Assembly (NCBI RefSeq): GCF_006345805.1
Contig: NC_043015.1
Location: 23,560,001-23,624,000, forward strand
Source of the DNA: Octopus sinensis
Taxonomy: Eukaryota
Direction of reading: 5' to 3'
Length of the DNA stretch: 64,000 bases
The translations under genes were made by a program, and so were the position numbers. Below are positions 29,052-41,923 of this stretch, piece after piece; within the stretch, counting starts at the first letter, position 1; the number at the start of each line of letters is the position of its first letter. The notes under the pieces are model-generated. The model saw only the letters and a program-made list of their open reading frames with translations. It was not told where the DNA came from and did no database searches.

Positions 29052-29706
29052 AATTTAACAATTAAGGATAACTTCTTAATAAGGAATCTTAACAAGAAAT
29101 TATCTGCTTTGCTTTGAAGAACTGCATTAGTTATGATTAGTGTAATTTTGGTAGTAATGACTTATGTCCCTCTTAGTGTGAGGCATTTATGTGTAATAAT
29201 GCCCTCTATACAATATAACTATAATTAATATGTTCAATGGGAAAAGAATTATTTTCGAATTCTTTTCTCTTATGAGGTTTTTCACGCTAACTACCTGATA
29301 ATTTCTTGTTAAGATTCCTTATTAAGAAGTTATCCTTAATTGTTAAATTCTTTCCGAAATACTTTTCCTATCCGACATGCAGTTCGAAAAAGCCCGCCAT
29401 TTACCGAATATATGATTTATAAACATTTCCATGTGCTTCGCCGGAGTGAATAGATATCTGTTCGTCTTCGCCAGGTAAAGTTGGTCGTTTATCTATGATG
29501 TGTTCAGAATCAGTTCTGCTGATGATCATAGACATAATTTTATACGTTAAATGTAAAATCACGGGTGATACAGAACTAAATTCATTTTTTAAATGTCTTG
29601 CTTTGAAGAACTGCATTAGGTATGATTAGAGTAATTTTGGTAGTAATGACTTATGTCCCTCTTAGTGTGAGGCATTTATGTGTAATACTGCCCTCTATAC
29701 AATATA
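29052..29706 (+). mobile_element. Second retrozyme/PLE-like element (period 489 bp) with a 53-bp inverted 5' segment
   Basis: Direct repeats of about 108 bp at 29109-29217 / 29598-29706. Segment 29052-29104 is the exact reverse complement of 29297-29349. Flanked by (TA)n. Confidence 0.85.
29512..29577 (+). ncRNA. Degenerate type I hammerhead motif
   Basis: AGUUCUG-CUGAUGA-...-AAAA-UCACGGGUGA-UA-CAGAACU. Stem I is a perfect 7 bp and stem III is near-palindromic, but GAAA reads AAAA and stem II is weak. Confidence 0.6.
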
Positions 29707-29709
29707 TAT

Positions 29710-29782
<73 letters not shown>

Positions 29783-29783
<1 letters not shown>

Positions 29784-30170
29784 TTTTATTCTTTTACTTT
29801 TTTCAGGCATTTGACAGCGGGTATGCTGGAGCACTGTCCTTACTCTAACAAATCAACCACATAACTTATTCTCTGTAAGCCTAGTGCTTATTTTATCGTT
29901 TGCTTTTGCCGAGCCGCTAAGTACCGGGGAGGTAGACACACCCACATCGATTTTCAATTGATGGTAGGGGAAAACATACACACAAATACATACATACATG
30001 CATATATACGACAGGCTTCTTTCAGTTTCTATCAACCAAATCCACACACAAAGCTTTGGTCGAACCGAGGATATAGTAAAAATATTTGCTCACGGTGCCA
30101 TGCAGTAAGACCGAACCCTGGAACCATGTGCTTGGGAAGCAAGCTTCTTACCACACTGCCACTGCTACAC
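29783..30170 (-). mobile_element. tRNA-derived SINE (family A), diverged
   Basis: Reverse complement of the family A head, body and tail. Confidence 0.8.
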
Positions 30171-30173
30171 CTA

Positions 30174-31934
30174 TCTCTCTATATATAAAACTGAGAATGT
30201 GTGTCTGTATGTCTGTCTGTCTGTGTGTTTCCCTAAAACTTGAGAACTACGCAACCAATTTCATTTAAATTTTACACATGCCTTACTTAGGGTCCGGAGA
30301 GTGTCATCGGCAAAACTCTTTTTTAACTTTTTGCCTAGGGCGAGCCCACGGCAATATAATATCTTCTCCACTACGATTCCCTAAAACTTGAGAACTACAC
30401 AACCAATTCTATTCAAAGTTTACACATGCCTTACTTAGGGTCCATGTAGTTTCATGGGCAAAGAAAATTTTCAACTTCTTGCCTAGGGCGAGCCCATAGC
30501 AATATCATATCTTCTCCACTATTTCAGAACAATGTGTTAAAAGTGAAACAAAAACATTTCTCTATTTTATGTCAGATACTTTCACTTTAACAATAAAAAT
30601 TAGAGATAATAATAACAATTGAATTATATGTAGTAAGTAATAATTAAAATCAAACTAAAGTATAATATAATCGTAACATAACAAAAGTAAAATTAGCAAT
30701 TGGTATAAAATTGCATCAATGACTTGAACTTGAATAAGTGGTTTCACATGAATGGGAATAAATTAAAAATAAAATTAGTGTGCAGAAATGGAATAGTCCA
30801 GAGGGAGCTGTGCACATACCGTTTACCACGGCTTTTACATTAGATTATCTGCCAATTGGCTAGCATTAAGTATCTATATGAAGTTTAGCTGTATGTAATG
30901 TCTGTTTTCTCGAACAGCTGCTTCTACTGAGTACTGTTGTTGGTTTATTTCTTATACATAAAGGACTATAGCTTCAACAGAGTACTGCTTTTTGATTCAC
31001 CGTTAGGTTTGTTGTTATGATTATTACTGTTTAACTATTGTTATCATGTTTGTTGGTTCCTCGTAAGGGAAACGTTGTTGTGTTGCATTTGTTAAATAAT
31101 TGTAAACTGTAACCCTCCCTCTTTGGGAGAAGGAGCTTTGGTTATTGTTTAAAAATTGAATTGTGTCCCTGTTTGGGGAAATTGACAATATTTTCGCCGC
31201 TTATACGGAAGCATTTTTGTTAGAATACCTTCGATAGAAGAAAGTCCAAAAATGAATTTTGCTGCAGCCGTCGGCGGGCGCGAAATCATTAAAATTAAAA
31301 TGGAAGAAATACAAACCTATTTCGGATTGATCACCGACAAAGCCGGTGAATCTAGGATAATACCACCAAACGAAATAAAAAATTAAATTAAAGAAAAGAC
31401 TATTGTCTATAACGTATACAAAGTAGAGAAAAAGAAAAGATTTGAACACCTGGAGGAAAGCACCATCGAAGAGTGACTTGGTGCGACTATGAAAGATATC
31501 TAACCAGAGGCGGTAAATTCGCCACAATAGAAGCAAGGTCCGAGTCAACAGAGTGTGCAAGGGAGTACTTGACTCGAACCTTGCAAAGTGGAAATATTTT
31601 ACTTTTACCTTTGTATCTGGAATGTAGGGCGTCTCGGATAAAAATTTAAACTGTCCCCCCAGAAGTAGAGTTAGGCTGGATTGTAGCCACACTTCTATAC
31701 AAAAGGGAGGACAAGATACCATTGAATGAAATTGCAAGAGACGGGCCTACAATTCCAGTCTGTTATATATTATGAGTATTGTTATCACTAGCGATATCAA
31801 GATATAACTTTGTATTTTGTATTTTATGTGTAGATGTATATATATAGATGTACATATAATATGTACACATATATATATACACATATATACATGCACTAGT
31901 ACTATGACCCGGCAACGACGGGTCATAATGCTAG
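30174..31934 (+). mobile_element. Non-autonomous Helitron
   Basis: 5' end A|TCTCTCTATATATAAA. 3' hairpin tatgacccg-gcaacga-cgggtcata (31903-31927) followed by CTAG|T at 31931-31935. Internal 148-bp tandem duplication at 30231/30379. Confidence 0.8.
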
Positions 31935-32041
31935 TACATTATATTTGTCTTTATATTTAGTCATAGAAATCATTTTGCATTCACCTGATGAGGATGGCTG
32001 AACTGGCTGGAACTTAAAGTGACTGTCAACAACATTCTTGT

Positions 32042-32118
<77 letters not shown>

Positions 32119-32169
32119 GTGTGTATGCGCACAAACATTTATATATAAGAGACACGCCCAGGACGAATA

Positions 32170-32975
32170 CCGACATACGTTGTCTCTTAGATGGAACATA
32201 CTACAATGTGTGACAATTATTTCCAGGAATTCAATGAAGTTAACTCTAAGACGTTCTGGAAAGAAGTAAGGTGGCATCACATCTCCTTCATTCCTTACAT
32301 TCCCAAAAACCACGACAGTTGCAGGAAATTTTTGTATCCATAACACTTGGAACTTTAGAAGTGTCTGCACATAACCATCTCTCATTCCTTCTGTTAACCT
32401 TTTGATCTTGGTCGAAGTGTTTCTCGTTTGAGAAAAACTAAGTCAAAAATTCTTTCGCTGGATTTTTCAGTTTGTTTAAGAGCTTTTTAGTTCTGATATA
32501 GTGATATTCTTTTGGTTGTTCTAACAAATTAACCATTCCGCATCATATAAGACCAATATCTGATGTTTTCGTGGACAACATTTCTGACTGTTCGTTCTGA
32601 CACATGCAAATCTATTGCAATTGACCTCATAGATTTTCTGGGATTGTATTCAATGGTCTGGAAAATTTCAGGTGCTCTGATGACTTCAGAGCGTTGTTAT
32701 GCTTGTTATGCTTTGATATTGGCGATGTGTTTCCATTTTCAGTCTCTAGCTCCTTAAAACTTTGTAAACGAAGGATCTTGCAATTTTCAAATATCGAAAT
32801 ATTTCTAAATCGCTATGCTCAGCCTTGCTAACCACAATAACAGCATGCTTCTTCATTTCTTGAGTAAGCTGAGTGTCTGCCATTATCATTTTCTGAAACA
32901 AAGATTATACATACTTAGAAAAGCATGAAGCAATGACCTGAAAAAGGTACGTCCTCAAATACCTTATACACCCTG
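32170..32975 (-). pseudogene. Decayed Tc1/mariner (maT/DD37D-like) transposase
   Basis: Manual translation gives MADTQLTQEMKKHAVIV..FVYKV, FFSNEKHFDQDQKVNRRNERWLCAD and KFPATVVVFGNVRNEGDVMPPYFFP. A TA-CAGGGTG terminus lies at 32975; the other end is missing. Confidence 0.8.
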
Positions 32976-33096
32976 TATAGATAGAGACATGCATACATAC
33001 ATGCTGATACATATATGAAGAGAGATATCTACCTACAAATAATACATAGGCATCTAGGCAGACATTCATGCGTAGAGAAATATACATACGAAGATA

Positions 33097-33141
<45 letters not shown>

Positions 33142-33217
33142 TATATTATATATAAAACATTATTGGTGAATTGAAGAAATGGAGCTGAACGCAGATTGAA
33201 CAAAATCGTTTTATTTC

Positions 33218-33299
33218 ATTCTACACGTGTTTCGAAAGGCACAAATTACCAAAATCCGATTGAATAATGGGACCATATTGTGTCTTTCTCTTCAGGAAA
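33218..33299 (-). ncRNA. Minimal type I hammerhead ribozyme (left arm)
   Basis: UUC-CUGAAGA-GAAAGaCACAA...UUGUGcCUUUC-GAAAC-ACGU-GUA-GAA. The core is intact, the loop III is palindromic and stem I is only 3 bp. Confidence 0.75.
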
Positions 33300-34558
33300 A
33301 AAAGGAAATCCGCTGGAAAAACAAAAACAGAACAGAGGCTGAGCAAAAACAAATCGAACTATGCTCCTAAGAGCCCATGGCGAAACTGTTTATCAGTGTA
33401 TGTTGAGAACCGGTGGCTGAAGAATTCAACGGGTCAGGCATCGGTCAATCATGTGGGTGAGGGTGTATAGATGTTCTTTGTGACCGAGCATAAAGTTCTG
33501 ACTATTTAAGGAATATTGGATGTTTTATAAGGGGCGAGAAAAAATCTACTTAGAGACGTGTGTGTGTATACTGTTCTATATATGTGTGTGTTGGCGTAGG
33601 GGTAGAAAACATTTTTTGTACGTGTGTGCGTTTGATCGTTCGGCTGTCAGTGGCTACTGCCGTGATAACCGTTGGGTGGCAGAAAGAAAAAAAATATATA
33701 TATATTATGTTTTATGTGTGTGTGTTCATCTAAGCCTGCCTTGTCAAGGAACACCCCCCGCTGTGAAAAACCAGCCCCGTTTGTCTTACAGGAGTAATTC
33801 CCCTTGCAGTGGTTAATCGTAGATATCTTAAAGGCTATTTCAGAATTTGTTACCAAGGGCTATGGGTGCCGGTATTATTTATAAACGGTTGGTAAACGGG
33901 CTCTTACAGTCGGCTTTTCGATGCCCCCATTGGCGGCGTTACACTTATCTGGCTTTTAAATAGCGTTTATAAATAATACCGGCACCCATAGCCCTTGGTA
34001 ACAAATTCTGAAATAGCCTTTAAGATATCTACGATTAACCACTGCAAGGGGATTACTCCTGTAAGACAAACGGGGCTTGGTTTTTTCACAGCGGGGGGTT
34101 TCCTTGACAAGGCGGCGCTTAGATGAACCACACACACATAAAACATAATATATATATATATATTTTCTTTCTGCCACCCAACGGTTATCACGGCAGTAGC
34201 CACTGACAGCCGAACGATCAAACGCACACACGTACACAAAAAGTGTTTTCTACCCCTACGCCAACACACACATATATAGAACAGTAACACACACACACGT
34301 CTCTAAGTAGATTTTTTCTCGCCCCTTATAAAACATCCAATATTCCTTAAATAGTCAGAACTTTATGCTCGGTCACAAAGAACATCTATACACCCTCACC
34401 CACATGATTGACCGATGCCTGACCCGTTGAATTCTTCAGCCACCGGTTCTCAACATACACTGATAAACAGTTTCGCCATGGGCTCTTAGGAGCATAGTTC
34501 GATTTGTTTTTGCTCAGCCTCTGTTCTGTTTTTGTTTTTCCAGCGGATTTCCTTTTTT

Positions 34559-34639
34559 CTTCCCGAAGAGAAAGACACAATATGGTCCCATTATTCAATC
34601 GGATTTTGGTAATTTGTGCCTTTCGAAACACGTGTAGAA
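34559..34639 (+). ncRNA. Hammerhead motif (right arm), core variant CCGAAGA
   Basis: Same as the left-arm copy except U4->C. Confidence 0.6.
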
Positions 34640-34872
34640 TGAAATAAAACGATTTCTGTTCAATCTGCGTTCAGCTCCATTTCTTCAATTCACCAATAAT
34701 GTTTTAATTTCAATTATCCGCACCAACGCACGGTTGCAACGCCAGATGGTTGTACCTCCAACCGTGCTGTTTACTGCTGTGATTTTTGCTACAAAGGTAT
34801 CGGTTAAACTTTTGATTAATCTACTACAAGATTATTCATCTTTCTATTTCACATTATATATATATATATATG

Positions 34873-34962
<90 letters not shown>
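34873..34962. repeat. (GATA)n microsatellite
   Basis: Directly visible. Another lies at 22810-22873. Confidence 0.95.
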
Positions 34963-36489
34963 TAGTATTCAAGGCAGAACATGTATCAAAACGGTGTTTT
35001 ATGGATGTCATTCCGACACATTTGTGTTTCAATGAATTATAGACATCCTCGTGTCAAGCTCACCACAGGAAATGAAGTGAACGACATATTCTCTTGTTGG
35101 CAGTCTATAATCAATGACTCTCTTATTCACAATCTTCTACATAACATACGTATATATAAACAACATTTCGTTCTTAGTTTTATTGCCTTCTTATATAAAG
35201 TGCCGATTCAGAAGAGGCTATTTTCTCATATATTTATTACAATCATGTCCTTCCCTTCAATACTTCTCTCTGTGCAAATATTTCTCCTCAAAATCTTATT
35301 AACAACCTCCAGCAAATAAGCCGGTTTCTTTTCGTTGTAGGAATACATTTTGAAACTAAGAACGAACATTAAAATGGCCAATTCCTTTGTTACGTTTCGA
35401 TAGAATAATTTACACGTTTTCTAATGTATAATACGTTTGGACAAAAGCAATAACAAATAGAAACGTAGATAAAGAATCTACTTAGAAAATATCTATATAT
35501 ACTCAATTCGAATAGCTTTCTTTGTTAACATGTTAACTCGACAAGCCAAGACGCCATTTAGCACGAATAGAATTGCTGTATTTCATGAATGTAGCTAAAT
35601 ATTTTCAGGCAGTAAAGAATTCAGAAATGAAGATCTTTGAATACTCTTTATAGTAGGTTGTTGATCAAACCAATTATTAGTTTGTGTTTCTTTGTTTCAC
35701 CGCCTTAGCAATAATCTTCTCAATAATGTAAAGATCACTTGTTGCTCGTCATCTCCCTCAGTATCTTGTCATTTATTGAGTACGTTTTCAACTTCTATGA
35801 AGAAATGAATCGCATCAACCAGCAAATCTATTCGAGCAAAGCAATGACCATATGTATCCCAGTCGTGACCATCTCGTCTATACGTTTCATTTTCTTTAAG
35901 ACATTCTACAGATATATGTGTTATCTCATGGATAAACATATTTTTGAAAAACTAACCTTATTCAAGACCATGAAATACAATACCAACCATGACGATGCGA
36001 TAGGACTGACTGCAGCCTGTCTAGAATGCCACACGCTACACGATCTGTTTGTAGGTATCAGCGTGATCGAGACCATGTTGAATAAAGACTGTAAATGGAA
36101 ACAGTTTTACGGATGACTATGTCTAGTCTTTCAGCCAACCTCCGCTTTATTATAATTCCGTGACATTATCTCAGACCTAGGGCAATAAAACGAGATTACC
36201 AACATATGATACGTTTATATAATATATTTTGTCATTTTCCTTTTAATATTTCATTTCATTTCCATAGACATAATATGTTTCCAATATATTTGATATCTTC
36301 CCAAATTAAAAACCTTGATCAGTGCTGAGGCAGTGCATTTCGAATTTGATATTTTTCCGTTTAGAATCATTAGGAATGGAATGTCCGATTTTGAACTGAA
36401 AGTTTATTTTAGTTTATCTCAAAAAAATCAATGCAGTTAATCAAAATAATCAAAGAAAGGATGACTGAGCTTCAGTGCAAGTTCAGTCA

Positions 36490-37157
36490 TCATTTCATCC
36501 TGTTGGTTGATGTATGCATCCTTTGTAATTGACGTACCAAGTCTCATGAAGCTGTAGGGGATGACACCAGGGCTGGACCTCCAAACAGACACTATTACCA
36601 TTTTCGGTGAATATTCCTTTTTGGATTGTGCTTTGGCGCGTCCTTCCTATCCAGCCATCATGCAGAACGCTTGCTATTGTTGAAAAGAATCTATTTTTCC
36701 TCTCACGTCAAAATACGATGTAAAAACTGTTCGTGTTTATGCCGTGACAGCAAAGAACAGCAAGTTTCAAGATGACGTGTAATTTGATGCTCTTTCAGTT
36801 CGTGTGGTACCCATTTATCTAGCTTATTTACCTTGCCAATATTTATTTCAGGTGGTCCAATACATTTGGAGTCGAATCATGAAACCTTGCAGCTAACTCA
36901 CCCGTAGTTTTAGATGTATCCGCTTCTAATACAGCTTCCAGCTCATTATTATCCATCTTTGATTCAGGTCTACAACGGAGCTGATTTTCAAGAGGAAAGT
37001 CACCAGACCAGAACTTCTCAAACCATCGTCGTACAGTGCGCTCACTCGCCACATCTTCACCACCAAACACCTCGTTGATGTTTCGAGCTGTCTGGGATGC
37101 ATTGCTTCCACGACGGAGTACATGTTCATAAACATCACGAATTTTTTATCTATCCAT
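36490..37157 (-). pseudogene. Decayed mariner transposase
   Basis: SERTVRRWFEKFWSGDF HTH segment and KWVPHEL motif, with multiple stops. The C-terminal half and TIRs are not evident. Confidence 0.85.
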
Positions 37158-38575
37158 GGGTTCACAAAAACTCACAATACAAGCAGACACCCTGAATTGC
37201 ATTTCGGAAAGTGATGATGTAACTTTCTTCAATGTCCTAAGACAAAGAATATCCCGGATAAAACAGTAGAGTTAACGACTGTCAAACTTGTTGCGTATAT
37301 ATGTCTATATGTATGCATGCATGCATTTATGCCTACCCTAGAATGTTGCTTGAGATACTTACACAGTAATAAGTTTATTCTCCAGAGCTTGGATGTCCTT
37401 TATGTTCTCAAACTTATATCATAGTTTTCGTCTGTTAACATAAATTCCTTTTATTTTTCATTATACAACTTACTTTGTTTTCACTTCTTTATTCTCATAT
37501 AGATATCACAGATGGGTTTGGAAGCTCCATCTAAAAATCAAAGGATTAACAACAAGATAACATCTGTGTAAACATGACACATCATAATCATGCTTATCGT
37601 CTCGGGGTTTCTATTTAATATTCTTACATTGGTTTGTTATATTGGATCTGGCATAACAGCCTGCAGAAATGTCGTTTAGAAAATATTCCAATTAGCTTGA
37701 GTATCTGCGCGTAAATTTTATTTCATTTGACACTGTTTAGTCAGAGATAGAATTAAAATAATTTTTGAAACTGGCATTGTTTTAGAATAGCAAGAACAGG
37801 AAAAATAAAACGAATATGAAAACAAATTAAAAATTGTCATTACTAACTTCGTATAATTTGCATTCGGAGTTAGTTTTCAAGAAACAAAAATAATAAATCA
37901 TTAACAGCTAATTGCAAAAGCGCAGATGTTTGTTACGTGATAGCATATCGCGTTCAAACATGTCTAATTCTGATTAGACATGTTTAGAGAAAACAAAACA
38001 TAAAGGTGGCCAACACTATACAACAAAGACACACATAAACGCACACACGCACACAAAAACACAGGGTACAGAGTCTGTCAAAATGTCGAAACCTAACGTA
38101 AGACAAATTTATTAGAACTCGACCAAATAGTTTTCACTTAAAGGATTTGGTGAGTTGACAAGTAAACGAAATAACGAAGACTCGGTTTGGTAGATATTCA
38201 GTTCAGATCATCTTTTATTTTGTCAACTACAACTCGTATAGACAAAAGATTATACAGGAGATGAAAACGATGAGGATATCTTTCAATGTTCCGAGACTTC
38301 TTCGAAAGACTGAAAAAAAGTGATAAGGTTTATTTTACGTATTAGTCCAATCTTTGCATTGGCATTGACTGCCATGGAACGGATTTCGGTTTTCTTATTC
38401 TTCTTCCCTTTATTTCATAACCAGTCTTTATCACGACGTAACTGTATGCATCGAAAGGTAATTGGCAATGAGGATTAACTTATTGCGATACCAACTGGGC
38501 GTCTTCGAACATAAGCCTTCATGAACTTTTGTAGACAAAGACTATGGAAATAGCTATTGTATGCATAGTGTATGT

Positions 38576-38965
38576 GCAGGAGTGGCTGTGTGGAAAGTAG
38601 CTTGCTTACCAGCTACATGGTTCCGGGTTCAGTCCCACTGCGTGGCATTTTGAGCAAGTGTCTTCTACTATAGCCTCGGGCTGACCAAAACCTTGTGAGT
38701 GGATTTGGTAGACGAAAACTGAAAGAAGCCCGTCGTATATATGTATTTCTATATATATGTATATGTGTTTGTCTGTCTATGTTTGTCTCCCCAACATCGC
38801 TTGACAACCGATGCTGGTGTGTTTACGTCCCCGTAACTTAGCGGTTCAGCAAAAAGACTGATAGATAAATACTAAGCTTACAATGAATAAGTCCTCGGGT
38901 CGATTTGCTCGACTAAAAGCGGTGCTCCAGCATGGCCGCAGTCAAATGACTGAAACAAATAAAGG
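38576..38965 (+). mobile_element. tRNA-derived SINE (family A)
   Basis: Near-complete copy, highly similar to 54304-54740. Confidence 0.9.
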
Positions 38966-39055
38966 TGTAAATGAATATATGTATATATATAAATATATAC
39001 GTTTAAATATTTGTTGTGCAAGATTTTTTATGTGAAGCCGTGTGTTGAAACAGAT

Positions 39056-39229
39056 ATTGTTATATTTCGGAATGGTCATATTGCCAGTTTAGCCAATAAC
39101 TCTGGCCGAAATAAGATTAAGATTAATGTAAAAAATAAATATCAATGAAGCAAAATAACACCAAATATATAGTGCGTGTGTTTTTATTGGCTAAACTGGC
39201 AATATGACCATTCCGAAATGTAACAATAT
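39056..39229. repeat. Inverted repeat, arms of about 45 bp, in a (TA)n-flanked element
   Basis: tattgttatatttcggaatggtcatattgccagtttagccaataa / ttattggctaaactggcaatatgaccattccgaaatgtaacaata. Confidence 0.85.
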
Positions 39230-39231
39230 AA

Positions 39232-39319
<88 letters not shown>

Positions 39320-40160
39320 AATAAATAAGATTCAGTTGAATTAGATATTTAAGCTGAAGCACCTGTTCAGTCCGGTATTATCAGCACAGCTCGAAGTAAG
39401 TTGAATAAAATCAAATAAAGCCGCAGGATATCAAGTAGTAATGTAGTACTCCCGTTTCAAGCGGATCCATTCAATTGAACAATGCAATCACTACATCAAT
39501 TTGAATGCAGTGCCTGTTTTAGTTATTTTATTATATTTTAAAATTTTATTTTCATGTTATTTCTTTTAATTTTAGTTTACTTTCGCTTTCATTCATTCTT
39601 TCCCACATCTATTCTGTTCCTTTCTTTTCTCTCTTTCTCCCCTCTCCTCTATTCACTCATGGCCCATATCTGTCTATCATGATGTCTGTCTTTTTCCCTC
39701 TACATACCCACGTGGACCATTTACATACGAGCTAACCACTCAACACATTACTTCAACATGAATGCAACATTCAAATTACTGCCTGGGTTTATCTACGATT
39801 ATACCTAAGGGCTTACAATTTTACAGAGATACGAACCAAGTTAGATGCTCTCTGGAAAAAGATGAACAGTGGACTTTATTCTCCTGTCACTAATTTATTC
39901 TGTCTACGTTTAATCTTTATTGTCCCATTTTATTCTTTATAATCTGTGAGTTTCCTTGTCTAAAACTTTAATACATTCTCATCTAGTCTCTAATGACGGA
40001 ATGCCGAGTGTACAGACATGGTAGCCTATCACTTGGGATATCCCAGACACAGCTCTAACATTTTACTCGCACCTTATCCTAATTAAATCATTGTAAATGA
40101 CTTGAAATACACATTCTGACTTAGTTTTTGCTGTCCTCTTTCCTTTGAGATATATATATA

Positions 40161-40206
<46 letters not shown>

Positions 40207-40281
40207 GTGTGGTGTGTGTGTGTGTGTGTATGTATATAGATTATGTTCAAGATGAAATGCATTCATATAGGTATAATACAC

Positions 40282-40399
<118 letters not shown>

Positions 40400-40430
40400 T
40401 TTATATATAATATATATATATATATATTAC

Positions 40431-40503
40431 AATAAGAGGAAGGACCACTAAAGTGGATTCCTATATGCTATAGGAATCCTCATTAGTGTTCATTCCTCTT
40501 ATT
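40431..40503. repeat. Near-perfect 73-nt hairpin
   Basis: aataagaggaa..ggattcctata-tgc-tataggaatcc..ttcctcttatt. Confidence 0.85.
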
Positions 40504-40515
40504 AATTGCAATATA

Positions 40516-41784
40516 CGAGGGGCGTTCAATAAGTAATGCCTCTGACCCACTTCCCATAGCAGTAGAGCAACAAAACTTGGCACAGGTATTAGTCTTTTTC
40601 TACATAGGAACAACCCAGAGGTACGCATTTCTCCCATCGTTTGATGCAGTTCTGGAGACCGTTTTCGTAGAAGACCCCAACTTGGTCCTCCAACCACGAC
40701 GTGACTTCAGAAATCAAGGCTGCATCATCTGGGAAACGCTTTCCTTTCAAAAACAACTTCATGGCTGGGAAGAGGTGAAAATCACAGGGTGCAAGGTCAG
40801 GAGAGTAGGGGGATGGGGGAAGAGTTCATAGCCGCACGCCTGTGCTTCTGATCTGGCGACACGCGAGTTGTGGACCGGAGCGTTGTCCTGCAGGAGGAGG
40901 ATGCCTTTGCTGATCTTGCCCCGCCTCTTGGTTTCGATAGCTTCTCTTAATTTCCTCAAAAGTGAAACATGATAGGCTACTGTAATTGTGGTACCCTTTG
41001 CCAGGAAATCTGTCATCACTACTCCGTCCTGGTCCCAGAAGAATGTGAGCATGACCTTGCCAGCGGAGGGCTGCACCCTTGCCTTCTTTGGAGGAGGTGA
41101 GTCATGGTGCTTCCACTGCATTGACTGGGCTTTGGTCTCTGGATCATAGTGATGGACCTAGGTCTCATCCTGTGTAATCAGTCTTTTGAAAAATTTTGAC
41201 TCATCTTCTTGGCACATCCCTAAATTCTTGCGTTCTTGCTTCTGGAAGAAATATGTGAGCAACCTGGAAATCCATCTGGCAGACACCTTTTGCATATGCA
41301 AATGGTCATGAATGATAGTTTCCACAGACCCGGTACTAATCTTGACTTCATGGGCTTTATGGCGAATAGTTATGCGTCGATCTTCCAAAATGGCAGCCTC
41401 AACTTGACGGACAGATGCCTCATCAATGGCAGAAGGGGTGCGACCAGATCTGGGAGCTGTTTCCACAGAGTTCCGACCATGTTTGAATTCACGATGCCAG
41501 CGTTTTACAAGGTCATATGATGGGGCATCATCACCATAAGTTACTTTCATTTCATTAAAAGTCTCCTGTGGTGTGCGTCATTTCAAATACAAAAACCGGA
41601 TCACTGCTCGACACTCAACATGCTCCATTTCCCACTTGACTCATTTCAAACACCTGTAAATCAGAAACCACAACTGTAATTTGCCACCTAATCTATAGAG
41701 ATATCAATAATTTCACATGCAAATTTTCAGCTAGATCACACAAAGGCAAGTGGGTCAGAGGCATTACTTATTGAACGCCCCTCG
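40516..41784 (-). mobile_element. Full-length mariner transposon (DD34D), 1269 bp
   Basis: Perfect 37-bp TIRs cgaggggcgttcaataagtaatgcctctgacccactt (40516-40552 / 41748-41784), with TA on both sides. Confidence 0.97.
40589..41628 (-). pseudogene. Mariner transposase, disrupted
   Basis: MEHVECRAVIRFLYLK*..., ITQDET, LLQDNAPVH, and PYSPDLAPCDF after a frameshift, ending RWEKCV..YVEKD*. At least two stops plus indels. Confidence 0.95.
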
Positions 41785-41887
41785 TAAATTCGGATTTTTT
41801 TAATATGCTAGACCAATGGCTTAAATTGATGTTAATTGATATCAATTTCTACCCTCATTAATTAATACATACATACATACATACACA

Positions 41888-41923
<36 letters not shown>

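Larger units (their letters stand above)
33153..34855. mobile_element. PLE-like element forming a 1.55-kb inverted repeat (arms 33153-33887 / 33964-34706, 76-bp spacer) plus a 3' tail
   Basis: The arms are near-identical reverse complements, and the ORF track shows the same peptides on both strands. (TA)n lies on both flanks. Confidence 0.9.

Noticed and set aside
31201-31737. 178-aa ORF inside the Helitron
   Set aside because: It has no Rep/helicase or other recognisable motifs.
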